From a virus: a stretch of DNA of 64,000 nucleotides. The stretch covers positions 1-64,000 of IMG/VR virus record IMGVR_UViG_3300014501_000002; one strand, 5' to 3'. Both the position numbers and the translations under genes were made by a program. The notes under the pieces were generated by a model. That model was not told the DNA's origin. It did no database searches and saw only the letters and a list, made by a program, of their open reading frames with translations. Of the stretch, positions 56,321 to 64,000 are shown piece after piece. Positions within the stretch are counted from its first letter, which is position 1, and every line of letters starts with the position of its first letter.

Positions 56321-56835
56321 GACGCCTCCTAGAGATTAACGTGCCCGGTCGGACTGACCAGGTTGCGTCGGTCAGGGTGCTTCTTGCAAAAGATGATTTC
56401 GCGGCCCCATTTATCAGCGCGGCGTTGTCTTGCTTTCGAACCGTGATAGCGCTCATTACCGCATGCAGAACACCCCGAAGTTCGATGCCTCTGTATCCAC
56501 ATGGATGGCTTAATTGGTTTCTTATGCTTCGCGGCTTGAACGCGCAGTACGGGCGTCGTCGCACGCCAAAATCATCAATCATGACTTCTCCTTATACATC
56601 GCCTTATACATCGCCTTCTTGACTAGGTCGTCGAGAGTCTTGGCCGTATGCCACAAACCAGCTTCTCGTAGATCCAGGACCGCCTTTTGAATGCGGTGAA
56701 TCGAGTTAATCTGTTCTCGGGTCATCGGAGCACTCCCACGAAGACAAATCCCCAGCTAATCAGAGTCTTGAACAGGTAGAACACGACCAGTAGTTTCTTC
56801 GATTTCACAAAATGTGACCTCCTTCCATCATAGAT

Positions 56836-56864
56836 AGAATAACTCAGTCAAGGTGCAATGTCAA
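56836..56864 (-). promoter_or_regulatory. sigma70-like promoter
   Basis: TTGACA-N17-TATTCT. Confidence 0.6.
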
Positions 56865-56870
56865 GTTCTT

Positions 56871-57125
56871 TTAGATACAAATGGAGTAAAACCCCACAGG
56901 CTCGGAACCGAGGATCAGGAACACTCCAGCATCAGTATGCACACGCAGGACATCGAGAATACCGGAAGATGAGATTGAAAGTCGGCGCACGTCCTCTGGG
57001 AAAGAAAACGTGTGCTCGTTCCACAACTTCGTTCGACCGGCGTTCCAATCGTCGAGAGTTACGTACCCTAGTTCATTCCCGCACGCGAACCACTTCAGAC
57101 CGCAGTAATCAATTGTGTTTGTCAT
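56871..57125 (-). CDS. Hypothetical protein
   Basis: AGGAGG RBS. Confidence 0.7.
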   Translation of the reverse strand: MTNTIDYCGLKWFACGNELGYVTLDDWNAGRTKLWNEHTFSFPEDVRRLSISSSGILDVLRVHTDAGVFLILGSEPVGFYSICI

Positions 57126-57185
57126 GTTCCCTCCTAACTACATCTAGAAATTTTAGGGCGGTGGGTCGCCGCCCTAGACAACTGT

Positions 57186-57611
57186 TTAGAATACTATTGT
57201 GAGTCCGACATGAGCGCCAGGATAGAACGGATTGTACATGTAGTACGCCCCATCTGGGCCTTCATCCACGTAAACGCCGTCAGAATATGCCCAACCTACG
57301 GGCCATTCCTCGAAGTCGAACTGAAATCCACCATAGTAGAATCCCCATCCGCCGTCAATGCCGAACGGTGAACATACGAACACATGGCCTCGACCGAAAT
57401 AGCGTCCGCGATAGTCGGCGTCAAAATGACGCCCATCGAAATGACCTCGTTCACGATCATGGTCTCCGCGAAATGCGCGATCGTCGCCTCTGTGCTGCTG
57501 TTGTGCGTGCTGACCCCCTCGTCGATTCCCGCCTCCGTGTTCCTGGCGTTGCGCATAAACTGGCGCGGCCAGCAATGCCAATGTTAGTACAAATAGTACG
57601 ATTGCTTTCAT
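57186..57611 (-). CDS. Secreted Gly/Arg/His/Tyr-rich protein with Sec signal peptide
   Basis: MKAIVLFVLTLALLAAPVYA signal (AxA-like cleavage); aromatic C-domain; AGGAG RBS. Confidence 0.85.
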   Translation of the reverse strand: MKAIVLFVLTLALLAAPVYAQRQEHGGGNRRGGQHAQQQHRGDDRAFRGDHDRERGHFDGRHFDADYRGRYFGRGHVFVCSPFGIDGGWGFYYGGFQFDFEEWPVGWAYSDGVYVDEGPDGAYYMYNPFYPGAHVGLTIVF

Positions 57612-57977
57612 TTGTTCTCCTTTGTGGTAGAAATTTTAGGGCGGCCCTACACTCGGCGCCGCCCAACCGGTTTAACGTCTGACCGGTACTCGACGCGGGC
57701 CTTTACGTTGATCAGCCTATGTGGTGCGGGCGGCATTACCCGGTCGACACCTCGCATAGCCAACGTCGTGCCCTTTTATCCTGAGCCCTCGATGAAGCAT
57801 CACCAGTTTACCCAGGTAAATTCGTATGAACCTTTCGGACCTTAATCTTGATATCGCTGTTCCGGACCGAGAATTCGTTGCCTCGACTGTCCTTGATGCG
57901 GGACAGGATCGCGCCCGACGCCAGTATACACACCGGCAGTCCTTGAAAGAACGCCACCTCCACGGTTCGTGTCCCGG

Positions 57978-58226
57978 TCATTCGGCCTCCATCGGTGCAT
58001 TCAGTTCACGCCTCACGTCGGCCAGCCAATAGTGTGCAGCGCAAACATATGAGGGTTGCATATCATCGCACGGTGTGCCCTCGCAGTTGCCGCACATATA
58101 GCCGATGTAATCAGGCAAGAACTTTAAGCCTCGCCGCAATAGCTTTTCTGCGTTGCTCGTGTCTTTCGGAAAAGTGATCGGGCCGTTTTGGATAACCATA
58201 TCTTTGTATCGAATCACCTTAGTCAT
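57978..58226 (-). CDS. Cys-motif hypothetical protein
   Basis: CGNC...C...C; overlapping gene array. Confidence 0.6.
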   Translation of the reverse strand: MTKVIRYKDMVIQNGPITFPKDTSNAEKLLRRGLKFLPDYIGYMCGNCEGTPCDDMQPSYVCAAHYWLADVRRELNAPMEAE

Positions 58227-58423
58227 GGTTTCTCCAATGTGTGCACGCCTAAAACTTCTCTACAATACTTCAGAAGCATCGTTCGGCATTCCTCTTCAGT
58301 ACTGTAAGGTCCGTTTTCATCCGCCCACGTCTCTTCATAAAACCACCATGTACTGTCGGGATGTGAATGTACTGGGTCCGGAGGTTTCACGGAGTCGCAA
58401 TCGTTTCTTTTTAATTCACTCAT
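58223..58423 (-). CDS. Hypothetical protein
   Basis: WWFYEETWADENGPY small phage motif. Confidence 0.7.
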   Translation of the reverse strand: MSELKRNDCDSVKPPDPVHSHPDSTWWFYEETWADENGPYSTEEECRTMLLKYCREVLGVHTLEKP

Positions 58424-58658
58424 AATTTTCCACCTCCATTACGGCGCTGGTTATAATTAACCGGCCGTCGGCTTTGTCGTGATAGGGCTCGCAGTTCAGG
58501 ATCGCTGGGTAACCCAGTTGAATCTCCGGTATCTCAAGCAGCGCTCCGTTGTCGCCGCGCACGTATCCGGACTTTTCGGTCTCCGTGACGCGCGCCCACC
58601 GAAGATGCTCGGAGTCGATTTCGTAAATGCTTCCTGTACGAGTCTTGAATCGAATCAT
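58416..58658 (-). CDS. Hypothetical protein
   Basis: FKTRTGSIYEID...TS.V phage motif. Confidence 0.7.
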   Translation of the reverse strand: MIRFKTRTGSIYEIDSEHLRWARVTETEKSGYVRGDNGALLEIPEIQLGYPAILNCEPYHDKADGRLIITSAVMEVENYE

Positions 58659-58879
58659 AGATCGCTCCTCAACACGCTGGCATCTATGTAGATATATCGC
58701 ACCGGCACATGTTGGATTAGCATGGGCTCGAAGCCATCGATGTGTAACACGCGCCAGTTTGACCGATAGATGTGCCCCATTTGAATATCCGGTATCTCAA
58801 ACAGCATTGCCTCGCGTCCAACCACGTATGTACGATATGGTGCGCCTGTTACAGTCGGTTGCGTAAGATGAATCGTCAT
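58655..58879 (-). CDS. Hypothetical protein
   Basis: ATGA-coupled in the leftward array. Confidence 0.6.
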   Translation of the reverse strand: MTIHLTQPTVTGAPYRTYVVGREAMLFEIPDIQMGHIYRSNWRVLHIDGFEPMLIQHVPVRYIYIDASVLRSDL

Positions 58880-59217
58880 ACGAATTTCCTCCCGTAAAAC
58901 TTGATGATGACTTGTTCCATGCGCGCTTTGCCTGCTGGATTCGCGGAATGTACACGCACGCCGCCGCTCGGCCAGAATTGCGGATGTTGCTTCAGGAACA
59001 GGACGACATCGTAGCCGGACAGTTGGCCGTCTTCGTAAATCTTACCTAGGTAGCCGCCTAGGGTCATCTGACCTTCGGACAGGTCGTGGTCTAGCGACGC
59101 CACAGTCACCACTCCGGTACGGAATATGGAGACCGCTTCCTCCGCGGTCTTGGCCCAGTACCAATCCGGTCTGCCAAAATCCACCGGGTCACGGATGTCA
59201 TCCAACCAAAGTTTCAT
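58876..59217 (-). CDS. Cyclic-phosphate-processing receiver-like domain protein
   Basis: LWLDDIRDP...SLDHDL...GYDVV...VHSANPAG...M. Confidence 0.82.
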   Translation of the reverse strand: MKLWLDDIRDPVDFGRPDWYWAKTAEEAVSIFRTGVVTVASLDHDLSEGQMTLGGYLGKIYEDGQLSGYDVVLFLKQHPQFWPSGGVRVHSANPAGKARMEQVIIKFYGRKFV

Positions 59218-59407
59218 CGTTTTCCTCCATGTGAATCGTCAGGATTCGTCTACGAGATTCATTATCCACGAGCGCGTTGAAGATGTCAAGCCATTTTTTC
59301 ATGTGTTTATTTGCCTCGTACATGTTGTGCACCTTCGGTTCGTCAAAAGTCGAGGTCCACGGCTCACCGACGCATTCTTCCGTGTGGAACCGGACGTCGA
59401 ACTTCAC
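59198..59407 (-). CDS. Hypothetical protein
   Basis: Coupled in the leftward array. Confidence 0.55.
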   Translation of the reverse strand: MKFDVRFHTEECVGEPWTSTFDEPKVHNMYEANKHMKKWLDIFNALVDNESRRRILTIHMEENDETLVG

Positions 59408-59592
59408 AGAGTTTTCCGAATTGCAGTAAAAAGACGATTCAAGGCATCGGCGTGATTTTGTGCGTCGTCCTTTAAACCGTATTTTATGCTACTCACAAAT
59501 CCACCTGATCCGATCACCACCCACGTGCTGCCTTCCCCGCAATTCGGACAACCTAGATGTTCATGCTGAACTTCGTATTTACCAGAGGTCAT
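59404..59592 (-). CDS. Small CxxC protein
   Basis: CPNCG. Confidence 0.6.
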   Translation of the reverse strand: MTSGKYEVQHEHLGCPNCGEGSTWVVIGSGGFVSSIKYGLKDDAQNHADALNRLFTAIRKTL

Positions 59593-59977
59593 GGAACGCT
59601 CCTTGTTTAGCTTTATCCATCATGCAATCCTGAAAAGCTACGCCGTGATCACCATCGGGCAACGGTTGCTCTACGTTCTCTTCGACCCACACGTGGCACA
59701 TTTCGTGGATCAGGCTCTCCTGCGTCGTAACCGTCGCGAGATTCGTCACCGTGTCGATCTGAATTACATAGCGCTGGTCTATGACGCTGGTCAGCCCCAT
59801 TGCTTTCCGCGACGTTAAATCGTCCCACTTAACGATTGTGTTCTGTGGCAGACTGTCCCCGAAGTACCGGATATTGTACCAAGCGTACCACGGTTGCAGC
59901 GCCAGGCGTTCCGGGCGGGCGTACAGTGCGGCGCCCATGAGAACGGACAGTATCGCGAGCATCCGAAGCATCTTCAT
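59579..59977 (-). CDS. SprT-like zinc metalloprotease with signal peptide
   Basis: YNIRYFGDSLP, HEMCH...HG..F; hydrophobic N-terminus. Confidence 0.82.
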   Translation of the reverse strand: MKMLRMLAILSVLMGAALYARPERLALQPWYAWYNIRYFGDSLPQNTIVKWDDLTSRKAMGLTSVIDQRYVIQIDTVTNLATVTTQESLIHEMCHVWVEENVEQPLPDGDHGVAFQDCMMDKAKQGAFHDLW

Positions 59978-60225
59978 ACGGACCAGTTGTACTTGATCAC
60001 AGGAACCGGAACCGCCACGGATTCCGCGACGCTAAATACCCCGTATTCCTCATGCCGGTTTAAAATGAACGCATTCGTGTATTTGCACGGATAGGATTCT
60101 AAGTGCTCCCGAGCCTCGACTGCGGACCTAAAATTTCCTAGGGTGCGGAATCTATTGCACAAAATTTCGTTGTTCGGATCGTAAATAATTAACGCAAATT
60201 GCTTGATTGCTCCATTGTCTCTCAT
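59974..60225 (-). CDS. Hypothetical protein
   Basis: AGGAG RBS. Confidence 0.6.
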   Translation of the reverse strand: MRDNGAIKQFALIIYDPNNEILCNRFRTLGNFRSAVEAREHLESYPCKYTNAFILNRHEEYGVFSVAESVAVPVPVIKYNWSV

Positions 60226-60234
60226 GGTTCCTCC

Positions 60235-60597
60235 TTAGAGTAAATTGTCGTACGCGCCGATTCGAATCAACCGACGTTTGTTCGCTTCGAAAGTCTCATC
60301 ATGATGCACATGCAACCCGGCCGCCAGATGGAGCATTTCATGCTGCAGGACGATGAACACGATCCTCCGGCCGCAGTTCCATACCGCCTTGCTGAACGTG
60401 ATCTTATAGTACAGCAACGCGTGCGCCTGATCAGCCATGCGTGCACACTCTCCGGACTGGCCGTAACCCATTCGATCCACTCCGAAGGTTACGTTCTTCG
60501 GTAGCGAGTCCGAGAAGCACATCCGATTGATCTGTGCGTACCGCCGTTGCACATCCTTAACTGTTACTCGGCGTACTCGCTTCCGTGGTTTGACCAT
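60235..60597 (-). CDS. SprT-like zinc metalloprotease
   Basis: INRMCFSDSLP, HEMLH...H...F. Confidence 0.82.
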   Translation of the reverse strand: MVKPRKRVRRVTVKDVQRRYAQINRMCFSDSLPKNVTFGVDRMGYGQSGECARMADQAHALLYYKITFSKAVWNCGRRIVFIVLQHEMLHLAAGLHVHHDETFEANKRRLIRIGAYDNLL

Positions 60598-60797
60598 GTT
60601 CCTCCTTGTCTTCGGGCCAGATTTGGGGAATCAGGAGCCGCGTAATGTCTCGGCCGTCGTCACTTGTGAGTAGCGGCGCCGCGTACACGTTCTCTTTCAG
60701 GATCATGCCGCCGCGCTTGAACCGCTCTGGATACGCGTCCCAATTGTCTCCGTACCGCTCTTTCATTCTGTCGCCGATGTTGTCCATGATGCCTCCT

Positions 60798-61874
60798 TTA
60801 AATATTTGTGTCGAGCAGTGCGAGCAGTGCCACTTTCTCGTAATCTTGATATACGCTAAAGGCCGCACTGTCTCCTAATTTGAAAAGTGTCGTTGGTTCC
60901 TTGATTTGCTTGATCCCACCGTCTTCCACTGCCTTTAAAAATTTCTCCACGTAGCTCGTATTCTTGATATCGAATATCCGGGTGTAGTTCATCGTCGCGA
61001 ACTCCCGGAACCAACCGCTACACAGATTCGTACATATACGCATAAGCGCCCAATCGAATGCATCTTGCGAGTTGGAAATCTTCCCGCCCGCGAAAAGCAT
61101 CGGGATGATGCACCGTTCAAGAGCAATCACGTACGCCTCTTCGAGCACGCCTCGGCATTGGTCATCGATCGGTAACGCGAAGAACTTTTCCTTCGAACAT
61201 TTAACTGAGCCCTCGGGCTCGCCGTCCTTCTTGTAATACGTGAACATTGGGCGGGTTCGGTACGCCATGACCTGATGGATTTCATCGTGCACGAAAGTCT
61301 TGTTGGACACATTGTCGTTGAAGAATTCACCGGCCACTTTATTGAGACTCGGAGTCTTCAACTTCCCTTCGCACAATTCAGTCTCACCTTCTCGGATTTT
61401 GGTGATTAACGGGAGGCGGTCCACAAGTTGATATGGGCGGGCACCGGGATATCCACCAAGGTGTTCGTGCATGAGCATCAGGTCTTGAATGTGTTTCTTC
61501 CACGCGCGCGGGTAATGCCGGTGCGCTTTCTTGATCGAATACAGCACTTCCAACGGCGCGTAGATCATTTTGATCGGGGCACCATGCGCTCTGAACAAAT
61601 AGCGTGTGAATGGGTTTGTTTCCGCGACGTAACTCATGTACATTCTGCCGGATTCAGACTGGTGAAGCATTTCAAATTCAACAGTCACATTATTGGCATG
61701 CTCGAATCCTTGCCATTTGTACTCGGCGATTTGTTTTAGCGCGAGCCCGTTGCCGTCCGCGTAGTCGTTCATTTCCGCCTCGGTGCAGATTACGTCTAGG
61801 TCGGCGGGCACCCGAAACGGTTGCCTTAGACTGAACATAACCTGCGCCAGAGCGGTGCTACCGATTACGAGCAT
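60798..61874 (-). CDS. Conserved phage protein with N-terminal nucleotidyltransferase-like motif
   Basis: IGSTAL...DLDVI (GS...DxD), K..H...W.KH..D, HDEIH, EE.YV.ALER. Confidence 0.78.
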   Translation of the reverse strand: MLVIGSTALAQVMFSLRQPFRVPADLDVICTEAEMNDYADGNGLALKQIAEYKWQGFEHANNVTVEFEMLHQSESGRMYMSYVAETNPFTRYLFRAHGAPIKMIYAPLEVLYSIKKAHRHYPRAWKKHIQDLMLMHEHLGGYPGARPYQLVDRLPLITKIREGETELCEGKLKTPSLNKVAGEFFNDNVSNKTFVHDEIHQVMAYRTRPMFTYYKKDGEPEGSVKCSKEKFFALPIDDQCRGVLEEAYVIALERCIIPMLFAGGKISNSQDAFDWALMRICTNLCSGWFREFATMNYTRIFDIKNTSYVEKFLKAVEDGGIKQIKEPTTLFKLGDSAAFSVYQDYEKVALLALLDTNI

Positions 61875-62443
61875 TAATAGCTCGGCTTGTACGACGAATT
61901 GTACGAATATTCCGTCGCCGTCCCGATTTCGGACTCCTTAAGGTCTTCCTCGTCGATATTGATGTTGAACGGAAGTCCGGCCGCGAGAGCGTCCCGGTTG
62001 AGCGCATAGATCAGTTCGGCCGTGGGCTCGCTGGTAACGTCGTTGTTCCGAAAATCGGCCAGGATTTTATCCAGCCGCTTGTACGCCTCGATGATTGTGA
62101 GTTTCTTGGGTGCCATGTATTCCTCCTTTGGTTTCGATAGAATTTTATTCAAGTTCCCGAGAAAAGTCAACATGTAAGATGGTGCGTCGTGCATCGTTGA
62201 CAAATTCGGCATAGACTCTTTCAGTTCGGTCATGGTGAGTTGCCGGTAGCCGATCAACTTGGACAGGTAGTCCTTGTCAACCAATTCTATGCCGTCCGGA
62301 GCGATGATTATCGGCACACTGAATGTCATGTTCAGTATCTTACCTGCCTTCTTTAGTCTCTCGGCGGCTTCGGACGTCTTGACTACCAGGATATCTCCCG
62401 GCGCCAACTTAAGCTGTTTTACTTCGTGAGTAGTCACGGTCAT
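61874..62443 (-). CDS. Hypothetical protein (possible internal start at 62116)
   Basis: ORF with an internal GAGGA RBS before MAPKK. Confidence 0.65.
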   Translation of the reverse strand: MTVTTHEVKQLKLAPGDILVVKTSEAAERLKKAGKILNMTFSVPIIIAPDGIELVDKDYLSKLIGYRQLTMTELKESMPNLSTMHDAPSYMLTFLGNLNKILSKPKEEYMAPKKLTIIEAYKRLDKILADFRNNDVTSEPTAELIYALNRDALAAGLPFNINIDEEDLKESEIGTATEYSYNSSYKPSY

Positions 62444-62667
62444 AGCCCTTCCTTTTCCACGCGTCGTTGTACTTCCTTAATGTGTTCACATTTCATGCGT
62501 GGATGAAACATCTTGTGCGTACAGTCGCACCGGAACGTGAGCCCAGTACCCCGACGGCTGGCCGTCACTAGATGACGGCTTAGGGGATTCGATCGGGATT
62601 CGGTCTCCGCGTAAAGCACGATCCCCGATTTGGCATCCTTCGCTCTCTTGAACCGATAAATTTTCAT
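62440..62667 (-). CDS. SWIM zinc-finger protein
   Basis: FRCDC...CEHI (CxC-xn-CxH). Confidence 0.8.
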   Translation of the reverse strand: MKIYRFKRAKDAKSGIVLYAETESRSNPLSRHLVTASRRGTGLTFRCDCTHKMFHPRMKCEHIKEVQRRVEKEGL

Positions 62668-62683
62668 GTGCCCTCCATCACCG

Positions 62684-62712
62684 AGTCTATGTTAATTTCG
62701 AACCCTTGTCAA
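62684..62712 (-). promoter_or_regulatory. sigma70-like promoter
   Basis: TTGACA-N17-TAGACT upstream of the SWIM gene. Confidence 0.65.
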
Positions 62713-63308
62713 GCTTTTTCTTCATCTCTCGTTATTTCGGCCCCGACATACCTGCCGCCGATTTCAGTCGTCGAAGACAAATATTCTACGCTCCCGGCGA
62801 CCGCAGCTTCTGTTCGCGCTTCAATCTCATCATACGACATGCCGTCCGGATCAACCCATTTTCCATCTGTGGTCGACACAAACTTGAATATGCCGTGCGG
62901 GTCCGTATCCCATCCACCGCGATTTAAGTATTCCACGGCGATTTCCTCAACCTGGCCGAGGTAGTTCGTCGGGCACGTGTGTTCATTATAGTGGTATCGT
63001 TGATGTTCGGCATACTCTTCTAGGCTATCTTTCTGGCAATGCCTGTATTTCCACGCGTTCAGTGTGAGTCGGATTCTTGGAACCGTATCAGACATAAGAA
63101 CCACCGTGACTGGTGTCTCTACTTCGCCGCTCGGAGACACTGTCATTTCTACGAACGCGCCCAACCGTTTTCCTCGGACGTACACGTGACATTGATTGCA
63201 GGCCCAGGGACCGAAAGCGGAGTTGGCCGGTATCTGGTCGATCTGGAATTCTCCATCCTTGCAGTTCGGGCATTGCGCATACAGCTTCACAATCGGTCGC
63301 GTGACCAT
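62709..63308 (-). CDS. Zinc-ribbon hypothetical protein
   Basis: CPNC...WACNQC; YNEHTCPTNY...DPHGIF. Confidence 0.75.
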   Translation of the reverse strand: MVTRPIVKLYAQCPNCKDGEFQIDQIPANSAFGPWACNQCHVYVRGKRLGAFVEMTVSPSGEVETPVTVVLMSDTVPRIRLTLNAWKYRHCQKDSLEEYAEHQRYHYNEHTCPTNYLGQVEEIAVEYLNRGGWDTDPHGIFKFVSTTDGKWVDPDGMSYDEIEARTEAAVAGSVEYLSSTTEIGGRYVGAEITRDEEKA

Positions 63309-63505
63309 CAGTATTTCCTCACGCGCAAAAGAGCATGAAGTTCCTTTAAGAGCTCAGCACGACCGGCTTCCATAGCTCGGTCGAGAAGCACCGCGATTTC
63401 TTCGGTGACCTTGACAGTAACCGTGTTGTTACTTTCGGGAGAGTATGTATACGTGCACTGCCAGTCATTCAATTCTGGACCCGCTTTGTAAATTTGGAAC
63501 GTCAT
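63308..63505 (-). CDS. Hypothetical protein
   Basis: Coupled gene with GGAGG RBS. Confidence 0.65.
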   Translation of the reverse strand: MTFQIYKAGPELNDWQCTYTYSPESNNTVTVKVTEEIAVLLDRAMEAGRAELLKELHALLRVRKY

Positions 63506-63687
63506 AATTCCTCCACTTCGATCACTTCGAATTTGTTTCCTGATTCTTCGATGTCATACCACGTGCGTAAGCAACGGGTGCACACATTGTCGGACAGCGA
63601 ATGCCTGTACGTCGTGATCTTCTTACCGTCCGCGGTATACGTTAGTTTACGCGCGCACGGACTTTCGAATCTAAGTTCTCCAGTCAT
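63502..63687 (-). CDS. Small Cys/His protein
   Basis: C...H...CTRC. Confidence 0.6.
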   Translation of the reverse strand: MTGELRFESPCARKLTYTADGKKITTYRHSLSDNVCTRCLRTWYDIEESGNKFEVIEVEEL

Positions 63688-63998
63688 TATTCCACCTTTC
63701 CGAGTGTCCGGGAATACTCTTTATATTTTTCGATCTTATCCCACTTAGCGTTCTTAATCTTCACCAATTCTATAGGGCTCACAGACGGGATCTCTCCGCA
63801 AAATGTTAGAAAATCGATTATCGCGAGAAGATCGTTGATTTCGCCACGCAGCCGCTGCGCATTGGTCTTCCTCATTTCATCCGTCATCGCTCGGCCCGCA
63901 TTGATTACGTTCGTCGCCTGGGATTCCTCGGCGCCGAATTGAATCTGTTTCAGGGCACGCTGTGCAACTTCGGTGCACTCTTCGGCAAGCTTCGTGAG
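63687..63998 (-). CDS. MazG-like nucleotide pyrophosphohydrolase (5'-truncated by the window edge)
   Basis: Frame stays open to the window end: LTKLAEECTEVAQRALKQIQFG...LRGEINDL (EE..E...E..D). Confidence 0.8.
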   Translation of the reverse strand, partial: LTKLAEECTEVAQRALKQIQFGAEESQATNVINAGRAMTDEMRKTNAQRLRGEINDLLAIIDFLTFCGEIPSVSPIELVKIKNAKWDKIEKYKEYSRTLGKVE

Positions 63999-64000
63999 TA

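Larger units (their letters stand above)
1..64000. mobile_element. Tailed phage (Caudoviricetes) genome segment, podovirus-like morphogenesis module, probably temperate
   Basis: TerL-portal-scaffold-MCP-adaptors-nozzle-fibre-ejection gene order, no tape measure or sheath gene, plus tRNAs, integrase and many small ORFs. No host housekeeping genes. Confidence 0.93.

Noticed and set aside
56330-56582. Possible third frameshifted gene (MIDDFG... then KHKKPIKPSMW...CSAC in another frame)
   Set aside because: No recognisable family to fix the frame, so it is too uncertain to call. If real, it would favour sequencing indels as the cause of the other frame breaks.

Overview
The whole window reads as part of a large, probably temperate, podovirus-like tailed phage genome. 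From left to right it contains: (i) a non-coding left end with a 43-bp tandem repeat carrying CCCTAA hexamers and a 42-bp inverted repeat; (ii) a structured, ORF-poor leader, three atypical tRNAs (His, Pro, Met/Ile2) and small genes; (iii) a ~10.7-kb island of soluble glycosyltransferases (GT2, GT31-like, GT6, GT11, GT32) with GDP-sugar enzymes (Gmd, a GT-like/Fcl fusion, and a His-for-Lys DegT-family enzyme of ColD type); (iv) terminase, portal, scaffold, and an N4-gp56-like major capsid gene split by three group I introns, which I splice by hand to 341 aa; (v) modular decoration and fibre proteins, two adaptors, a tail nozzle-like protein and ejection proteins; (vi) a tyrosine integrase with a candidate att region and a leftward block of small accessory genes. 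Eight homing endonuclease genes are present. The best candidate for an undescribed system is a virion-surface modification programme. It would combine assembly of a blood-group-A-like fucose/colitose glycan with two DUF3494 ice-binding-type domains inserted into probable structural proteins. All family calls come from motif recognition by eye; no searches were run.
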